Source: an uncultured Spirochaetota bacterium
Lineage (GTDB): Bacteria > Spirochaetota > Spirochaetia > SZUA-6 > Fen-1364
Assembly: GCA_963745235.1 (NCBI GenBank)
Contig: CAVUXE010000052.1
Location: 1-64,000 of the forward strand
Direction of reading: 5' to 3'
Length of the DNA stretch: 64,000 bases
In this document: positions 59,820 through 64,000 of the stretch, piece by piece
How positions within the stretch are numbered: position 1 is the stretch's first letter
Layout: each line of letters opens with the position of its first letter
Translations under genes and position numbers: made by a program
The notes under the pieces: generated by a model
The model's input: the letters and a program-made list of their open reading frames with translations, nothing else
Databases searched by the model: none
What the model was told of the DNA's origin: nothing

Positions 59820-61112
59820 GTCAGCTCCCCGCCGAGGGCGGCGAAATCACGCGCAAAGTCCGGATACGAGACGGCCGCGCATTCGAAGCCCGCCACTTGC
59901 ACGCCGCCAGGCACCCCCGCTGCGGCCACAGCCGCGGCCATGGCAATCCGGTGGTCACCCTGGGGGTCGATCGTTCCCGCGCGAAGCTTCTGGGGTCCCT
60001 CCACCGCGAAGCCGTCGTCGAAGACCTGCAGCCTGCCTCCCAGCCCCTCAACGAGGCGGGTGATCATGGCGAGCCTGTCGCTCTCCTTGAAGCGCAACTC
60101 CTCCGCGCCGCGCACTTCCGTCACGCCGTCAGAGAAAAGCCCGAGCACCGCCAGAAGAGGGATCTCATCGATGAGCTCGGGAACCTCCTCCGCGTCTATG
60201 CGGGTGCCGGAGAGAGAGGCGCCGTTCACTTCGATGGTCCCCGAGGGCTCACCGAGTGAGGCGTGTTCCTCCCGGATATCCACCCTGGCGCCCATGCGGC
60301 GGACCACGTTGAGAAAGCCGTTCCTGGTGGGGTTGACGCCGCAGCCGCGCACCAGGAGGTTGCGCCCGGAGATGAGGGAAGCCGCGATGAAGAAGGCGGC
60401 TGAGGACACATCTCCCGGAACCTCGACCTGGAACGGAGGCAGCGCGGAAGGGGGATGCAGCACAAGCTCCTCCGAACTGCTCGAAAGGCGCACGCCGAGG
60501 GCGGACAGCATCCGCTCCGTGTGGTCCCGCGAGTGTGTCTTCCCGGTGATTCGTGACGGACCGCCCGCGCGAAGGCCGGCCAGGAGAAGGCAGCTCTTCA
60601 CCTGCGCGCTGGGCACCGGCAGCGAATACGACAGAGGCGTGAGGTCACCGCGGCCCGGGCAGAAAGCACAGCGGCGCGAACCTGCCGCCGTCCCTGCCCT
60701 CGATCCGCGCCCCCATCTGGCGCAGAGGCTGCACCACTCTGGCCATTGGCCGCGCAAGGAGCGACTGGTCTCCCGTGAGCACGGCAAAGATGGGAAGACC
60801 CGCCAGGAGACCCGCCAGCAGGCGCGTCGTGGTGCCGGAGTTCTCAGCATCAAGGGGGCGCTTCGGCTCTTCCAGGCCGCGCAGGCCGGCGCCCTGGACC
60901 ACCAGGTGGTGGTCCGATTGCTGAATGGAGCAACCGAGGCCCTCCAGGCAGCGGCGCGTGGACACGCAATCACCCGTTGCAAGCGCATTGATCACGGTAC
61001 TTTTTCCCGAGCTGACCGCCGCGAGCATCAGGGACCGGTGCGTTATCGACTTGTCAGGCGGAGGCGTGTACTCACCCCCTATTCCGCGCGGGGCGCGGAA
61101 GGTCGGGTTCAT
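59816..61112 (-). CDS. aroA: 3-phosphoshikimate 1-carboxyvinyltransferase; frameshift near 60650
   Basis: PDKSITHR, ENSGTT.RL, RPM.R, SAQVKS, SRDHTE, PGD.SSA, IDEIP, ELR.KESDR, DHRIAM. Confidence 0.93.
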
Positions 61113-61148
61113 GGATCGAGAGTAAGCGATGAGTTATATTCATGTCAA

Positions 61149-62018
61149 ATGATCGACCTGCACACGCACTCCACGGCGTCCGACGGATCCTGCGCGCCGC
61201 AGAAACTCATCGAGCTGGCGCTGGAGGCCGGGCTCACCGCGCTGGCGCTCACGGACCATGACACGCTGGATGGAGTTACCGCGGCGCGTTCCCGGGCCTC
61301 CGGGTCCGGACTGCGCTTCGTTGCCGGAGTCGAGATCGAGATAGACTGGGACGCCGAGGCCACCCGACCACCGGCTTCAGCAGGAGAGTTCCACCTCCTT
61401 GGCCTGGGGCTTTCCGATCACCGGGACGGGCTGGAGGAAGCCCTGGTGCGCCTGCGGGAGGCGCGTCACCAGCGGAACCTGCGGATGGTGGAGAAGCTTC
61501 AGCGGGACGGCATTTCCGTTTCCATGGAAGAGCTCACCGAGATGGCGGGCGGGACGGTGGTAAGCCGCGCCCATTTTGCCCGGCTGTTCGTGCGCAAGAA
61601 AGTGGTGAGCTCCATCGACGCGGCATTCTCCCGCCTCATCGGGAAGGGCCAGGCCTACTACGAACCGCGCGCCTGCCTCGTGCTGGATGAGGCCGCCCGG
61701 CTCATCCATCTGGCCGGCGGGATAGCAGTGGTTGCGCACCCCATCTCCCTCGGATTGAAAGGCCCTGCCCTTCGTCAGTTTCTGTCCTCCTGCAAGGACC
61801 GGGGCGTTGACGGCCTGGAGGCCTGGCACCCCAACCAACCCCTGCGGGAAAGCAGGCGGTTCCAGGGTCTGGCCGCGAGCCTTGGCCTGCTCGTCACCGG
61901 GGGGTCGGATTTCCACGGCGAGCACATACCCCAGAGAAAACTTGGCTTCGCTGCTTCCGGACGAGCCATTCCGGATGAGCTTCTCACGTCTCTTCCATTG
62001 CAACTGGCGCCCGGCTGA
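61149..62018 (+). CDS. PHP domain phosphoesterase (TrpH/YciV-like)
   Basis: DLHTHSTASDG, ALTDHDT, GVEI, HLLGL, AHP, TGGSDFHG. Confidence 0.92.
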   Translation: MIDLHTHSTASDGSCAPQKLIELALEAGLTALALTDHDTLDGVTAARSRASGSGLRFVAGVEIEIDWDAEATRPPASAGEFHLLGLGLSDHRDGLEEALVRLREARHQRNLRMVEKLQRDGISVSMEELTEMAGGTVVSRAHFARLFVRKKVVSSIDAAFSRLIGKGQAYYEPRACLVLDEAARLIHLAGGIAVVAHPISLGLKGPALRQFLSSCKDRGVDGLEAWHPNQPLRESRRFQGLAASLGLLVTGGSDFHGEHIPQRKLGFAASGRAIPDELLTSLPLQLAPG

Positions 62019-62032
62019 ACTATACTGCCAGC

Positions 62033-62812
62033 TTGATGGTCGAGGCTCTCGGCAGGTGGGCAGGTCGGAAAGCGAGGGACTACTCCTATGCCCTGGGCTT
62101 CTTTTTTCTCGTGCTCAGGGAAACCGCCCTCTTCATCCGGCGGAGGCAGGTGGCATTCCGTGTGCTGGTGCTGCAGATCCTGTTCACCGGCGTGGAGGCC
62201 CTGAGCGTCGTTTCCCTGATTGCCCTTTCCATCGGGGCGGTCATCATTGTAGAAGGCGGCACGATCCTGCCGCGCTTCGGGCAGACGAACCTCGTCTACT
62301 CGATCCTCATCGTCGTGATCACGCGGGAGCTCGGGCCCATCCTGACCGCCTTCATCATCACCGCGCGTTCGGGCACGGCCATTGCCACCGAGCTGGGCAA
62401 CATGGTGGTCTCCCACGAAGTAGAGGCGTATGTCTCCGTGGGGATCAGCCCCATCTCGTACCTCGTGGTTCCCCGGGTCCTCGGGGTCACCATATCCATG
62501 ATCGCGTTGACCATCTATTTCAACTTCTTCGGCCTGTTCGGCTCCTACCTCGTGTCGCAGCTGGTGAAACCCGTGCCGCTGCTGGAGTACTTCCGCGCGC
62601 TCCTGCGGGCGCTGCAGCTTCGGGACCTCGTGTCTACCCTCGTGAAGAGCTGCGTGTTCGGGGTGATCGTCTCCGTCGTAGCCACGTTCCAGGGATTCAA
62701 GGTCGGCACCTCGGTCACCGAGATCCCGCGCGCGGCCATCAAGGCGGTCGGGCAGGGGTTTGTCCTCTGCTTCCTGGCTGACGCGCTGATCACCCTGGTT
62801 TCCTACGTGTGA
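62033..62812 (+). CDS. MlaE-family ABC permease
   Basis: RELGPILTAFII.ARSGTAIATELGNM, VVPRVLG. Confidence 0.9.
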   Translation: MMVEALGRWAGRKARDYSYALGFFFLVLRETALFIRRRQVAFRVLVLQILFTGVEALSVVSLIALSIGAVIIVEGGTILPRFGQTNLVYSILIVVITRELGPILTAFIITARSGTAIATELGNMVVSHEVEAYVSVGISPISYLVVPRVLGVTISMIALTIYFNFFGLFGSYLVSQLVKPVPLLEYFRALLRALQLRDLVSTLVKSCVFGVIVSVVATFQGFKVGTSVTEIPRAAIKAVGQGFVLCFLADALITLVSYV

Positions 62813-62819
62813 GCTTCCG

Positions 62820-63626
62820 ATGGAAGAAAAAACCGGCAATCTGATCAGCCTCGAAGATGTCACGGTTCACCTTGGCGGCCGTGACGTGCTGCGGCAGGTC
62901 ACCCTCTCCCTCCCGGCCGGCAGGAGCACCGTGATCATGGGGCGCTCCGGCAGCGGCAAGAGCACCCTCCTCAAGACGGCGGCGGGCCTGATCCCACCGG
63001 ACTCGGGCAGGGTGTTTTTCGAGGGGAAGGACATGTCCCTCCTGTCCGAAGGCGGGATGCGCGAGCTGCGCAAGCGCAGCGGGTTCGTCTTCCAGGACGG
63101 CGCGCTCTGGGAGAACAAGACTCTCATGGAGAACCTCGCGCTTCCCCTCCAGGTGCATTTCCCCGAGCTGCATGAGGCAGAGGTCCAGAGACGGGTCGTG
63201 CGGGCCCTGGAACGCGTGGAGCTGGAGGAAAGCGCGGAGCTGCGCCCCGTGGCGCTATCCGGGGGAGAGAAGAAGATCGCCTCCTTCCTGAGGGCGCTCA
63301 TCACCGAGCCAGCCGTCCTGTTCATGGACGAGCCGACCCTTTCCATCGACCACACCATGGAGGAACGGGTCACGCGGATGATTGCCGATGCAAAGGCACG
63401 GGGATGCGCCATCATTGCCGTCACGCACGACCCCCGGCTGACGTCCACCCTTGCCGACCAGCTGGTCATCATGGATGCGGGGACCGTTCGGGAGACGGGA
63501 GACTTCGACACGGTGAAGCGAAGCCGGGACGTCCGCACCAGGGAGATCCTGGCGGAAGTGCTCGGGGAGATCGCTTCCTATGACACCGATCTCCTTGCGC
63601 TCCTGGACGAAGACAGGCCGGAATGA
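62820..63626 (+). CDS. MlaF-family ABC ATPase
   Basis: GRSGSGKST, GFVFQDGAL, LSGGE, MDEPT, VTHD. Confidence 0.9.
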   Translation: MEEKTGNLISLEDVTVHLGGRDVLRQVTLSLPAGRSTVIMGRSGSGKSTLLKTAAGLIPPDSGRVFFEGKDMSLLSEGGMRELRKRSGFVFQDGALWENKTLMENLALPLQVHFPELHEAEVQRRVVRALERVELEESAELRPVALSGGEKKIASFLRALITEPAVLFMDEPTLSIDHTMEERVTRMIADAKARGCAIIAVTHDPRLTSTLADQLVIMDAGTVRETGDFDTVKRSRDVRTREILAEVLGEIASYDTDLLALLDEDRPE

Positions 63627-63642
63627 AGCCACAGGAGGGATC

Positions 63643-64000
63643 ATGAAGCTCAGGATCCGGTTCGCGGAGCAGGTGGTCGGGGTGTTCGTGCTCCTCGCCA
63701 TTGTCGGCGTCGGCGTCATTCTGGTTTTCATCGGGGTCAACCAGCGGTGGTTCGCGCGCAACTACTCCTTCACGAGCAAGTTCGCTTCCGGGGAAGGATT
63801 GGCTGTCGGCATGCCGATCACTCTGAAAGGCTTCGAGATCGGAAGGATCTCCCGCATCTCCCTGGATCCCCAGAACGAGGTTGACGCGCGGTTCTACGTC
63901 CAGGACACCTACTATGACAGGGTCCACAAGTATTCCGTCCTGGAGCTTGCCACGAGCCCCATCGGGCTTGGCGTGTCGCTGAAGTTTCACTCCGGCAAGG
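63643..64000 (+). CDS. MlaD/MCE-family protein (runs off the window end; absent from the ORF track)
   Basis: SD GGAGG, manual translation MKLRIRFAEQVVGVFV...GEGLAVGMPITLKGFEIGRI. Confidence 0.85.
   Translation, partial: MKLRIRFAEQVVGVFVLLAIVGVGVILVFIGVNQRWFARNYSFTSKFASGEGLAVGMPITLKGFEIGRISRISLDPQNEVDARFYVQDTYYDRVHKYSVLELATSPIGLGVSLKFHSGK

Noticed and set aside
59712-62018. 768-aa PHP fusion ORF
   Set aside because: The N-terminal part is antisense to aroA; the PHP domain starts at 61149
1-64000. rRNA, tRNA, IS/transposase, integrase, prophage or defence island
   Set aside because: Intergenic gaps are nearly all under 150 bp and no such motifs or compositional islands were seen by eye

Overview
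GC-rich, densely coding bacterial chromosomal window of about 50 genes. It is most likely a member of Spirochaetota, inferred from the prfB-PEGA-ftsY-lolCDE order, the non-canonical rnf/GH57 block and the style of the rnz and pcnB proteins. I found no rRNA, tRNA, transposase, prophage or CRISPR array. About 15 otherwise intact genes carry single-base frameshifts, which points to uncorrected long-read indel errors. The prfB +1 frameshift is the exception and is a genuine programmed site. Main points of interest: (1) a panB/panE cluster lacking panC/panD but carrying a ThnT/DmpA-like hydrolase, an M20 amidohydrolase and an ABC importer, which reads as a candidate pantetheine/pantothenate salvage or reverse (catabolic) pathway; (2) an orphan Cas2-like gene heading a long housekeeping operon (prfB-cheY-PEGA-ftsY-lolCDE); (3) a tightly coupled rnfCDEA operon with no rnfG/rnfB and an RnfD lacking the FMN-carrying Thr; (4) catalytically eroded homologues of McsB, LeuA and GGDEF; (5) pervasive leaderless-type promoters; (6) small repeats and palindromes, including a hairpin pair with a compensatory base change. 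All family assignments come from motif recognition by eye, not database searches.
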